A stretch of 58,127 nucleotides of DNA, the filler included, from Jimgerdemannia flammicorona (Eukaryota): assembly GCA_003990765.1 (NCBI GenBank). It is 2 parts of 2 records of this genome, joined end to end, with 100 filler letters (N's around TTAATTAATTAA, not from the genome) between each part and the next. Parts side by side here need not be neighbours in the genome. Positions count along the whole stretch, not along the records: positions 1 to 29,016 come from RBNJ01000528.1; 1 more part is not named here. One strand, given 5' to 3'. Below the pieces are notes generated by a model that saw only the letters and a program-made list of their open reading frames with translations, was not told the DNA's origin and ran no database searches. How positions within the stretch are numbered: position 1 is the stretch's first letter; every line of letters starts with the position of its first letter. Positions 13,561 through 25,600 of the stretch are shown one piece after another. The position numbers and the translations under genes were made by a program.

Positions 13561-15429
13561 ATATCGCTAAAGTCATGCGCGTGTATAAGGGAATTTGGGA
13601 TTCGGAACTTAGTCGTCTCTCCATGAGAAGCTTGGAGATGAGTTGAATGATAAGATAGAACGTGAGCAAGAGGAAGGCTTATATAGTAACTTAGCCAACA
13701 TCCCGTATCCAAAACTTCGCCGCTTGGTTTCCTTTTCCCATCCGCTCTTTTCATTTTCCACTACTTTTCATGGATATTAGTTTCTAGTCCTTGTCCCCTG
13801 TTATGTGGCCCCCTCGTTCCTCCGTTGTCCAAATCTCCTGACCCACATTCTTGGAACGGGCGAGATCACTTGTTTTGTTGTCTATTTCGAATTATGTATC
13901 ATATTCGGATATTATTACACTTTCTACATGACGCCAAAGCATTTGAAAGACCGTAATAAGCGTGTAGCGTCAATTATTTTAAGGTGGTGGAAATATTTTC
14001 TTTTTCTTTCTTTCAATTTTTTTTTTTTCTTTTCCTTTTCATTTTTTCTTTTCGATTACCATAGAATTAGTATTATTTTCGGGTATGCTTCGTTCACCCG
14101 GTTCTATTAGCAATAAATAGAACGACTTCACAGAAGTACTATCTCCGAGAAACCGAACCGATTTAATTCACTAATCTGATTCCATGACAAAGAAACAAGG
14201 CAGCTATGTTCCGATTCGCTGGATCGTTTCACACAACGTTATAGCAACTGATCGAACCACTGTTGGGCAGCATTGGCATCGCTTTACACAAGGCACTTTT
14301 TGTAAGGCGAAACTTCAGAATAAATTGAGGTCTCAACGTCAGTGTAATGCGCTACAGATCCACTTACACAACGAAATGACAAAGTACATCCGATGAGGAA
14401 TCGAAATGGGACCACATGACGTTGACCTCGCGGTGGAAGTGATGCGCGAAAATGCCAACTTCACAATGAGGTTAACGAGAAACGCCAATTCAGACGTGTC
14501 GACGCATGTTTGGCACTTCAAGCTCATCTTACGCATTTTTCGGAAAATTTCACTCTTTTTCTCATCGACTTAGGGAGATTCATCATGCATTTGGGGTAGT
14601 GTTGCTTCAACAGCAGAATCTTATAACAGCATCACCTAATAAGCGTTGTATTTTATTAAGTCCTGAGATAAAAAATAAAATAAAAATAAAAATTCTTTAG
14701 GTACGGAGATTTTTATGGACTAGTGGAACCAGATTTGCAAAAAAAAAAAAAAAAATCCCCGACAGTAGTGGCGATTGGGAAATAACTTCAACCGACGGCA
14801 GAGAGGGTGACAGTTGCACCGGTGTCACACAGCCTTAAAAAGAACTCTTACAGAAATCACCGTTCCGGATCATCTTAATGAATTTTCAGTTCATGGGATC
14901 CTCGCATGGGCTGTTACTCCATCCTCCGAAATTAAGACCTTTTAGTATAATTCTCCAATAAATGGAAAATGGAAGTACGGTAAATTTATGCGACCATTTC
15001 GATTTTAAATAATTAGTCCAGCAATTCATATTCATATAATTATGCGAAGCCTTATTTAACTCACTTATTCTATCTTTCTCATATTTCTTTCCCTTTGTTT
15101 CTACCGTCATCTTGGCAACAGTGTTAATTGAATTACAGCCCGTGACGTGACAGTAATTATGTGAGGGATGTTCGCATCTCATACTTCATACGTAAAAGGC
15201 ATCTAATCCTAGTATCAAATATGCTGCTCTAATCTTTGCACTCGAGTCGTGGCGACCTCAGTAGTTGTCTCCCATTATCATTTCAAAATATGGGAATGTT
15301 GACTACGAGTGGTTGGTGAAATTATAACGGGGGGGGGGGGATTTCTTTTCTAAATGGCCTTGTATGCGGCGCAGCGACGCACACCAACGCTCCGACGTGG
15401 GGTGTTATATGTGAGAAGGAAATAAGGAT

Positions 15430-16280
15430 TAGGTTGATGTGCATTTTGACAAATGCTTTTGTGTAAACTGAAGTGTCTTGCTGTCTCAAAAGCGTCGGAC
15501 GGTGCCCTTCCGAGAGGTAAATGTTAAAGTATCCAAAATGGTACCGGAGCAGCGAACAATATCACATCTTCAGGTTAGCGCTCCCTTTCGGAGAGACACG
15601 ACCAAGTCGTCAAACTGACAATGGATCCCCCCATGACCTCCTTCGTTGTCGCTTGACACGGGGCTTCGCTAAACCTTTGTCGGGTGCTCAATGGTAGATG
15701 CTCATACGTTTATCTCTACTTAAGTTCGAATGACTAAGGACGTTGTCTATTATCTCGAGTTCAATATCACTCGTTTCATTGAGGAAATTTCTCCTACCTT
15801 ACTAAAGTAAAGACACCCGATCATGAGCCGCCGCCATATGTCTTCGTCAAAGTCCAAATTCATTGCGAGCCTTTACCATGAATTCAGGGGCTGAAAGCAC
15901 TGAAAATGGTTAAAAAAGTAAGAACATGAACCAGGCTACCAAAAATCGTGCTTACACATATCCGCCCGAAATTTCGTTTATTTTTCATCCGCGTGCATTG
16001 GGTTTTAATCGTAACTCCAAGCCCTCCGTTCACAATCTTGGGATGCCGAAGCGACGTGTCGCATTATTTCACCCACGAGCGTTCAACGCGGCAGCAAGCA
16101 CAAAAGGCGGTGACGAATAAAGTCGCTAGGGCTGAGAGACCATTTGCCACATTTGGAGCATTTCTTCTGGAACTGGCCCGGAAGACAAGGAGGATCACCT
16201 CCTTTCAGCTTGATCTGTTCGATCTGCGGTTTTCTCTCCTTCGGCGGGGTGTTCTCTTTGGGGGTTTTAGGTGACGACAT
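15430..16280 (-). pseudogene. Probable intron-containing gene relic starting with a zinc-finger-like motif
   Basis: ATG at 16280; MSSPKTPKE...CSKCGKWSLSPSDFIRHRLLC is C2H2/C2HC-like. A downstream GTAAGC...TTTTCAG intron-like segment (~15955-15900) is followed by MNLDFDEDIWRRLMIGCLYFSK. Stops and frameshifts intervene. Confidence 0.3.
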
Positions 16281-17769
16281 AGTTTGTGTAATTAGTGTTG
16301 TTTCGCTAGAAAACGTTGGCTATGTTTATTTTGTGCTCGTTGAGGTGACGAAGACTAATGGTATTGCAAGCGCTGATCTCACTGGCATTTATACGGGTGG
16401 TGTTCAGCTGTGCAGCTTGCTGCCCCTTCCTTGGGGTAAAGGGATGTGATCATCTTGAGGACTTCATGCCGAATCGTAAGGGTATTAGTTTTAGCTATGC
16501 AGCACTCTTAAATTGTCCAAAGATTCGTTTTTTTTTTTTTTTTTAAACAAAAAAAAAAAAAAAGTAATACTTGCTTAATGGTAATGCAACTCGTGTATGC
16601 ATTCGCTTCCTGCAAACAGGAGAATTGAGAGCCGGGGCAAATAGAAGAGTTGCGCAGACATCTACGCTGCCGCACGGGATACTATCGTTGCAGTTCCCCC
16701 CCTGTGCTACCGCGGCTTTCGAAGGCTGAACGCCAGCCGTAAAATTCCTGCTGTTTGTATACATCGCTGCACCCCTTGCACATTGTTGGCGCAAATGATG
16801 CATCAACGCTGGGCTTCTTTTTACTTTTCTATGCAACAGGGGCCTTCAAACCTGATCGCGTGCCAGATCGCCGATTTTATTTTTATTTTTACTTTTAAGC
16901 TATATCTATCGTGTCATTGGAATCTAGCTTACGGCCCAGGCAAACATATAAAATATCAAGATTGCGCTAGTCAATTAAAACTGCTCTTCTTGGAGCCATG
17001 GCTTTGTGATGGCGTGCCAATCAAAAGGGAATACATCACCAGGATACAAGTGCCATTATTAAATTCTCCAGCATCCTGAGTCGGGTAAATTCATGGTAAT
17101 AATAATGTCAAGATGCATACATGGACATTTCACTTTTCGCAATACATATGTGTTTTTGTGTGCTCTTTTCCGTATAAATAACGCTCTGCCCAAGGCATGT
17201 TCATGATAACATGTGTTACGGGGAAAAATACCAGTCGGAAAACACAGTTACATGGCATTTCAGGGTAAAGCATGATCTGCATGCATGGGATCAACGTAAG
17301 TAGGCGCACGTTCTTTGTCTTGTAACATATGCTGCCCTTGTTCTTCCTGTAATAAAGGTTTCAAACGTTATGTGGTGAAACATGGTTGTGGCGAATCTCT
17401 CTAGACTCCCACCTACGCTTGTAATTTCATACTTCATACCACATTTATTTATTGCCATTAACATGTGAATATGCACGTTTAAATTTTAGATGCGGATTTG
17501 CCCCTTCGGCGTGGAGTATAATTGAAGAGATGCAATGTTTTCGAGGAGGTCATGTATATACGTCTAACAAACTAGCATCTCAAATGCATGTAGGCACATA
17601 CCTTCTCCCAACCCAATAGCCACTTTGAAATTCATTTAAATGTTAAATGAATGGTTCCACTTCCCTCATGAACCAATTCGGATTTGCAAAACTCCAAGCG
17701 GTCCAAAACCCGCCTACCACTCTCTGAATATAAATATATTCACCAACGTCTCCATCACTGCACTACGGA

Positions 17770-18726
17770 ATGCATATCCTCTTTCCCCCCTTCGTCCCCC
17801 CGGCGGATGATCCCACCTCGGGCATTGTTGATAGCCTTGCCTTTTTTCTTGCCAATGGTTCCGATACTTGCCCTCCCTCCCTGGATTCTCAAGAATCTCG
17901 ACGTTCACCGGTCGCATTTCCTGTGCTTAATATCATCACTCGCCCCAGTTTGCTTGCCAGAATACCGGAGCCTGAAAGCTTCAATCCCATGAGTCCAAAC
18001 ACGAGGGGCCAAGCATTTCCAACCACCGGGAGAACCGCCTTCGATTCCCTTAGAGCCTTTCCCGGCATTCCCCGAAAATCCAGCCGTTCGCTCGATATCA
18101 CTTTCCTCTTAGAAACCAGTGACGGGATGAAAGATATTCTGAAAGCTTTTAAATCCTCCGTCGATGATATTTTCACCACCATCCACGCGTACTACCCCGG
18201 GGTGCCCTTCCGTACCGCGTTCGTCGGCTACCGCGGCACGACCGACATGCATAAGCTCATCGTCGGCGATTTCGTCTCCGGATCCTCGGATTTCAAAAGG
18301 TTCTTGCATTATGTCCACGCTTATGGCGGCGGCGGCGACTACCTTCCAAAGGACATCTTCTCGGGGCTCGACGCCGTCCTAAAGCTGGACTGGCAAGCAG
18401 GGACACGTATCTTGGTCCACGTAGCAAACGCTCCCTGCCACGGGATCAGATTTCATGAGGGACTCTACGAAGCCGACCCATACCCATATGGAGATCCAGA
18501 CTGCAGGCGGCCCGAGGATCTGCTGCATGAAATCTGGGACAATGAAATAGCGTACAGCTTTGTGAAATTGACAGGTGGGACGGACAGGATGATCCGAGAG
18601 TTCGATCAAATTGCGCAGAAGTGGGGGACCCGGATTGTAGTGAGGTCCCTTGACTCCTTTGTCAACGGTATTCTGGCTGCAGTGGTCTCCTGCATTGCTG
18701 CGGCCGTCAAGATGCAAAGCTTTTGA
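17770..18726 (+). CDS. Stand-alone von Willebrand factor A domain protein (vwkA/alpha-kinase-associated type), intronless, 318 aa
   Basis: LDITFLLETSDGM, AFVGYRG, AYGGGGDYLPKDIFSGL, LDW...RILVHVANAPCHG.RFH...DPYPYGDP follow the vwkA-type VWA pattern after a Pro/Ser-rich leader. The start codon is uncertain. Confidence 0.82.
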   Translation: MHILFPPFVPPADDPTSGIVDSLAFFLANGSDTCPPSLDSQESRRSPVAFPVLNIITRPSLLARIPEPESFNPMSPNTRGQAFPTTGRTAFDSLRAFPGIPRKSSRSLDITFLLETSDGMKDILKAFKSSVDDIFTTIHAYYPGVPFRTAFVGYRGTTDMHKLIVGDFVSGSSDFKRFLHYVHAYGGGGDYLPKDIFSGLDAVLKLDWQAGTRILVHVANAPCHGIRFHEGLYEADPYPYGDPDCRRPEDLLHEIWDNEIAYSFVKLTGGTDRMIREFDQIAQKWGTRIVVRSLDSFVNGILAAVVSCIAAAVKMQSF

Positions 18727-19863
18727 GATTCCAATCAATGTTTTTTATCCATTTGTTCTACTTCCTTTTGGAAGTGAAAGTAACCCCGTTTTGATCTAGA
18801 AAGGTAATAAACCGCTCAACGCGAAATGCGCGTATATACCTGATATAAACTTTCTTGCCTATTCCCTGTGGGCCAGGAGATTCGTGAACAGCATATCACA
18901 GCACCAGAAATATATCCAGTTTTACCTTCAAATTGAGCAGATCAAAAAATACAATTTATTAGGAATTTTCTGTTGGGATGTAAAGGTTACGCGATATGAT
19001 TGATGACGTAGAGGATTGTGGCGTAGGGCGCGAATATCTCCTTTTCAGTCAAATGAGTAAGAGCAAACCATAAATTTCAGAAACTCGTGTATATACATAA
19101 AACGACGGCTTTAGGGGTTTTAGAGCAAATAGCGTCACTGGTTGGAAGTACTGCCACCATGCCTTTGGTAGAGCGCCATTAATTTGATAAATATAGCTAT
19201 AAAACAACTCAAAGTGAACGTATAAATGAAAGCCTCGATTGCTGGTGTATGTTTTATTCACTTAATAGCCTAACCCGCTAACCAAACAGGTTCATATTCA
19301 CCATTTCAAATTCACAGGTTTTACTTCCTCCTTAAATGTCTATCCAATTGATTGGAGTTACATATATCTCATTGTTGCAAAGATCCAAGACCTATGCTGA
19401 TGCCGTCGTAAACTTTGTGTCACCGCTTCATGTGTTCGATAGATCAGGTTATATCTGCAGGCCGCGATACTGGAGTACCTTACGCAGGGGTTTGTATACG
19501 AGGGACTATGCGAGACCCCCAGATTCCTATCATGTGCGGAGGCGATACACCTCTTATATTTGAGCCTTTGGTGATCACAAGATCGGGATCTCACCGCTCG
19601 CGAAAGTATACCCCCTTTTTCTTCAGGACCTAGCAGCTAAGCCACTAGCACCATGATAAGGCTTCGGAGGGTTTAGAGTATCAACGGTAGGTTTTTTGCT
19701 ATATTTAAATATTCAAGGCACAGGACAATCGAGAGTGAGTCGACCTTCACGAGCTGCAATCTGTTATGTATAAATTGGGCGATATGCAAGTCTCATTGGC
19801 TTCGAGAGCATCAAAAGGGTCTTGTCAAAAGTATCCGATCAACATTTTCCAAACCCTGGGGCG

Positions 19864-19870
19864 TATAAAA
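19864..19870 (+). promoter_or_regulatory. Candidate TATA box of the zinc-ribbon gene
   Basis: TATAAAA about 95 nt upstream of ATG 19965, followed by a pyrimidine-rich stretch. Confidence 0.4.
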
Positions 19871-19964
19871 GTTCAAACTCGACAACCTTGACTTCAGGCC
19901 CCGCTCTTCTCTCACAGTGAACCAGAAAAGAATCCACCAACAGCCAATCATCCTCCCGTACATC

Positions 19965-20624
19965 ATGAACAGGTTCAACTCACCTCGCTGGTTCAACTAC
20001 TTTTCCTCTCCCTCTTCCGCATCTTCGTACTCTACTCACGACTCCAGGGGCTCCACTTCGATGGGCTCCAGGTTCAGCTTTTCCAGGCCAAACTCTTCGG
20101 TCTCCGGGCCTGAATTCTTGAACCCGAGCCTCAACTCTACTGCCGGCTCAAAACCCGATTCTACCACCAGCTTGAGACCAAATTCTTCAGGCCGCTCTAG
20201 GCACAACTCTCCGAGCAGTTCCACCTCCAAAATTTCCGGCTCCAGACCTATCTCCTCCATCCTTAGGCCCATGTCCTCCGGCGTTACATCTCTCTCCTGC
20301 TCTGGCTCTGGCCCCGGCCCTTACACCTACAACGAGATGATACACTCCAACGAGACATATCATTCCAACCTCTGGGTCCCTTACTCCGGTGAGGGTCCAA
20401 ACGGGTCTAACCCTAACCTTGTGCCGTGTCCGTGGTGCAAGATGGCCATAGACTGCAACAGCGTGCAGTGTTGGCATTGCATTCACGACGTTTGCCCGAC
20501 CTATGCCGGCGAGTTGCAAAAAGCCTCGAACTGTATCTACTGCAACGAGTTGGTATCCGTCACCGCCGTGGAGTGTCTTGAGTGTGGCAATCGCCACCCT
20601 TCCGGGTACGTCTTTCGGAGATAA
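19965..20624 (+). CDS. Ser-rich low-complexity protein with C-terminal double zinc ribbon (4 x CxxC), 219 aa
   Basis: Open frame from ATG 19965 with repeated RPxSS/KPDS motifs; CPWC-x10-CWHC and CIYC-x10-CLEC; followed by a T-rich 3' region. Confidence 0.72.
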   Translation: MNRFNSPRWFNYFSSPSSASSYSTHDSRGSTSMGSRFSFSRPNSSVSGPEFLNPSLNSTAGSKPDSTTSLRPNSSGRSRHNSPSSSTSKISGSRPISSILRPMSSGVTSLSCSGSGPGPYTYNEMIHSNETYHSNLWVPYSGEGPNGSNPNLVPCPWCKMAIDCNSVQCWHCIHDVCPTYAGELQKASNCIYCNELVSVTAVECLECGNRHPSGYVFRR

Positions 20625-21689
20625 TGCAAGCGCCGCCACGGCTTCGGGAAACACTTTCTGAATCCTCGCAGTCAATTTATTGTCATATTAGCTGGAACCC
20701 TCTCTCAGTAATCCCCTTCCCTGTATTTTCTTCTCCTTTAATACTAATCGATCAGTATGTGCGTTGGTTTGTGGATTTTTTTTTTTTTTTTTTTTTTTTC
20801 TTGTAGTAATTCCTCTTCTATTGCCCCTAAAAATTCTAAAAATTTATCGCAACTGGCACATACAAATTTCGGATATGTTTTTCTTTTTCCCAGCTCACAA
20901 GGCGATTTTCTCTATCTCAAAAGCGAAATAAATCATTGAGTGGACTTAGCCGCGACGGTATTGACGGGTTAAATATTATTTCCACTTGCCTAGGGAGACC
21001 AGTCATTGTATATACGTATATATATATATATATATATACTTGTTGGCGATTCTCTATCCCTTCGCCTATTCGCAAATGGCACAGTGCGCGTCCTTCCTCC
21101 CCTCTAGGGATCGCCCTGCACACCTCTTTATTATGGGAATAACCATTCAGAAAAAGTTCCGCTGCAGCCCCTCCCATTGGCTATGCTTCAGTAGTATTCA
21201 TTCTTAGCGTGCACCCCGAAGATCGCGCGCGTTTAGGCCCTTTTATTTGTACACCTGGACTTCTGCACTGCTCTCCCCCGTTCCATTTTGCGTTGCGAGA
21301 TGGTAGACCCCCAAAGTTGGTCAACGTACCTTAATTCTCTGGGCCGAGTGGTTTGCCATTCCCAGTGCCAATGCTGCTTGGAATCGCAGGTGCCTATTGC
21401 ACACCTATTTAGAAAGTTGGCGCCCAAAATTCCGATGCCTTCTTTAAGCTATTTCGCCTCGCCGTCAGAAGCCTCACGTTTTTTTTTTTATTTCCGCACA
21501 AGACACGAACATCCCTCGATACCAAGTAAATTGTCCTACGGTGACCGCTGGCTTCGAGGATCCCACACCTCCGGTTTTACACATACACCCCCCCCTCTCC
21601 GCCAGCTACTGTCGCTTGCCAACAGGTATTATTCTGCCCATGTCGTCTTACCAGCTAGTCCTATCTCGTCGGTGATCCATTTTGTCATT

Positions 21690-21950
21690 GTCGTCATGCC
21701 TCATCGTTCTACCATGGTGATCCTTTGGTTGGTGTGTCCTGCCTCGTCGTCCCCCCTAAATGGTTCTATTAGTCAGTGTCGACCTGCTTTGTCGTTCCCC
21801 TGGTGGTTCCTTGGCCAATATCGTCCTTCCTCGTAGTTCCTCCTGGCGGTCCCTTTGGCCCTGCCCCGTCGTTTGGTGATTCTCTTTGGCCGGTATCGTT
21901 CTGTCTCGTCGTTCCGCTAGTGGTTCCCTTTGGCCGGTGTCGTCCTGGGT
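21690..21950. repeat. Degenerate ~40-bp minisatellite, about 6 units
   Basis: The unit GTCGTTCCNCTGGTGGTTCCCTTTGGCCRRTRTCGTCCTG recurs with variation. Confidence 0.65.
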
Positions 21951-22624
21951 GCAGATCAACACTCTATATTTTGCGCTTCAGCGAAGTCTTCAACCTTTTA
22001 TCCTCAAAGTGTTCATTGTAGTATTCAGTTGTAAATTTATTTCAAAAATAGAGCTCTAAGTTGCTCAGTCGCCATGAGAACCCTATGACGACGCAGTTTA
22101 CTTAGCATCGGTTAAGATATTATTGTCCTGAGAAAAAGCGAAAAGCTGCGCACATTATCTGAGGGATTGATCAAATATTTCTTCCAACAAACGATATCGG
22201 CACACCGCGCAGGCCACCAAAAAAAGGAGCAATTGTGAATCGGTCATTTAAAAAAACACCATGTCGTGGTCGCACGCAAGTCAAATCTGGCAAACAAGGA
22301 TTTCGATAACCACCGAAGGACTCTTTTCGCGAACGATAGGGTCGAACCAACCAACCCACCAGGTCGGCCAAGGTCGCAAGGTCGCGCTCACCTCTTCACT
22401 AGTTTGCGAGAGAGCTTTTTGGGTGGCAAAGGAAGTGTGGACTGGCCGGCAGCGCCACATGTGTGCAAGTCAAGGAGGGCATGCTCCTGATCTCGGGGTT
22501 CGAAGCGATGCCGCTGTACTTTGCGGATAGCATGCGCGATGTATGGCTATGATGTCATTACATCATGCGGCGACTGTTGCGGATGTTGGGGCTGGCATCG
22601 AGCTTTCTCCAGTAACATTCGGGT

Positions 22625-25600
22625 TACACAAACTTCTGGCAACACTCAAGACATCGTTTTTGGAGAAAAGGTACTAGCATCATGGCAACTGATGAGCATT
22701 CTAAGGTATATGCTGGGCAGGATGGCCCTAGTGTATTCAACTGGCAGTATGTGGGGAGGAGTCATGGCTTGGGGGGAAGCATGCAGGGCTTGCTGACTGG
22801 GAGATATGGAAGAGGAGGAGACAGTACTGGGGGACAAGAGACTGGAAGGATGAGCTTTGCAGACAAGATGAAGGGGAGTCATCAGATGACTGGACTGGAG
22901 GGCTGGCTTAAGAAGGGTAAGGAGATGGTAAGGACTGCAGAGGTGGGTGGAGCAGCCCATGGTGGTGAGGGCAGCAGGGCTGGGGGAGTAGTAACTGAGA
23001 GGAGTAGGACTACTGATAGCAAGGGGACTGCTAATCTAGAAAAAAATCCAGATGTGATGGGGCTGATGGTAGATCTGGACAGGGGAGGGGGAGGGGCACA
23101 AGGTCTAGAGATCTGGCAGATGGTATAACAGACCTAGTGGTGGTATTATTACTTAAGAAATTAAAGTTAGAATTCACTATCACATTGTGTTTCCAAGACT
23201 TAGTGATAATAATGAGGATGATTCTGGGGCTTCTGGCTTAGAAGATGAAGAGAGTAGTTTCAGTAAAGTTCTTGAAGAGTCTGGAAGAGGTGGAGGTGGG
23301 CTTTGAGAAAAAGGATATACTATTGAAAGCAATGGAGAAAAGAGTGATGGTGGGGAGAATAGTGATCCCTATAGTCCAATGCTTATATTGAAATCCTTGA
23401 GTAGTATAGCTGATAATACTGGATATTCCTATAGTATTAAAGAAATTGACCAAGAAGTTGATTTTTAGGGCTATTAAGGAGTATGGAGAAATTATAGATA
23501 TTGAGTTTTGGATCTAGGAGAGTACTGAATTCAGAACTGGTAATATAGATGTCAGAGTATGGCTGGTGAATAAGAAGAATATAGAAAAGGTAAAGGAGAG
23601 ACTAGTGGTCCTCAAATAGGGACCTATGGAGTATAAGATCTCAAGGGTGAAAGAGATATTGAAGAAAGAAGAGGACTTGCTAGAGGTATTAGAGGATCTG
23701 GCTAGAGCCATAGAGAGGAGAAGATTGGTATGGAAGAAGTTTGAGACCAGAACAGTTGTAGAGATTATGAATGGCAAAAAGGTGTAACTAGACCAGACAG
23801 CCTGGAAGAGAGTATAGAAGAGATACATTTAGAAGAATCTGTTGGCCAAGTTGGGAGAGGGGGTGGCTGGGGAGACCACTACTGATAAAGCTAGATCAAA
23901 GATGAGTATCTGAGCAGAAGAGCAGAAAACAGCTCCAGAGAGAATTCCAGGAGGGGGAGAAGGCACAGGACTGAGCATTGTGGTAGAGGATGCAGAGATG
24001 GTAGAAGAAAAGAACCCTCAATATAGGGTACTAGATGGGGCTGAAGGAGATGATAAATTATAGAACATACTAGAGGAGGATTGAGATAAGTTAGTGAGGA
24101 GAAATGCAGAGAGTGGACAGGAGGAAGAAGAGAAGAAGGTGGTCCAAGAAGTAGCAGAGGCTGAGGTCAAGGAGAAATGATTGTAGAAAATACTTAAGAA
24201 TATAGTAGCTGAGGAGCTGGGGAGAGAGGACTTCCAGGTACTAAATAAGAGATATTGAAGTGAAATCCTACATAGCAAGAAGGTGCTAAGAAAACTCTGT
24301 GATGAGATAATAGTGGTATTACTAGAGGCCAAGATATATTAGATAAATGATGACAGAGAGGTAGCACTTCTGATAATTGTGGATAATAGGACTACATATA
24401 TGTGGGATCTGAGAAAAGGGCTAGCAAAGTAACAGGTAGTATATAAGGAGTATTAAATAGAGATGGAGACTGTAGATAGTATAGATTATCAGGAGATCTT
24501 AGAGGTGCTGGAGGCTTAGCAGGGAGAGATGGATGAACTAGAGACTGAGAGGAACTTCAATATTTCTGGGAATACAGTAAGCATAGAATTGTAGAGTGGA
24601 TTGCTGTTTTTCAAATAATATTATTCAATATGAACAATATAGCTAAAATATTATCTTTGAATATCAATAGGCTATGGGGAGCAGTGAAGTATCAAAATAT
24701 CTTTGGATAGTTAAAGGAGATGAAGGCAGATCTATTCCTACTATAGGATATTAGATATGATAGAGACTTGGATATTCTGAACTAGATGAAGGAATGGGGT
24801 AGTATGGCTATTTGATGAAGATATGTGGGCATTCTGGTTAGAAAGAGCAAGGAGATATTGGAGATATTGAATACTGGAGAAGCAGAGTAGTGTGGAGTAT
24901 TTGAAAGAGACCAGGTTAGAGGTCTTTGATAGTTGGATCTTGTTATTATCTAGCTGAAAGAGAGAGAGAGTAGAATGGATTTGAGAGCTATGAGAGTCTG
25001 GAGCATTGGTGGAGGCTGGTATTGATTGTCTAGGAGGGGACTTTAATATAGTATATAATAGAAAGATAGACAGAACTGATAGGAGAAGAGAGATGGTAGA
25101 AAAGAGTAGTGGTATGGAAACCTAGGAGGAAGTCAAATGTCTGAGCTCTTTAGTAGATACCAGGAGGCTTGGATGGAGGGATTATAGGGTTTTTACCCAC
25201 TGGGTAACAGGACTGATCTCAAGAATTGACTGAATGCTAACTACTAATTGCTGGGGAGTTGATATCTGGAGGACTTTGGAAACTGTTTAGTGTCTATAAT
25301 CAGATCACTGGAGTCTTCTAGGAGGGGGATTTTTTGGAAGAAGTGGGGAGAGATCTGAACATTGATGACTAAATATCTCTCTACTAAGAGAGGCCTCTCT
25401 ATGAGAGACATGGGTGGTGGATATTAGCTCTAGAGTTCTTAGTTGATGAGCAGAGTGGCTAGAGATTGGGAATCACTGGATAATATTAAAATCTGAGGCA
25501 CAATGGTACTGGGGAGAGGTAGGAAGAATGCAGGATACTTAGAGGAAAAAGCAAGTAAGGTGAGATGGGCCTTTCAGAGATTGGTAGAGTTGTTAGCAAC

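Noticed and set aside
14100..15200. Short minus-strand ORFs (e.g. 14886-15182) as a gene or transposase
   Set aside because: No recognisable motif or consistent splice pattern.
16527..16563. T-run/AAAC/A-run hairpin as a terminator or MITE
   Set aside because: Homopolymer runs are common throughout this window; no TSD or second copy.
17090..17600. CATG/ApT-dense tract as a 6mA cluster promoter upstream of the VWA gene
   Set aside because: Methylation cannot be read from sequence and the enrichment was not quantified.
20406..20418. CTAACCCTAAC, identical to a telomerase RNA template
   Set aside because: It lies in frame within the zinc-ribbon CDS (SNPN) with no other support.
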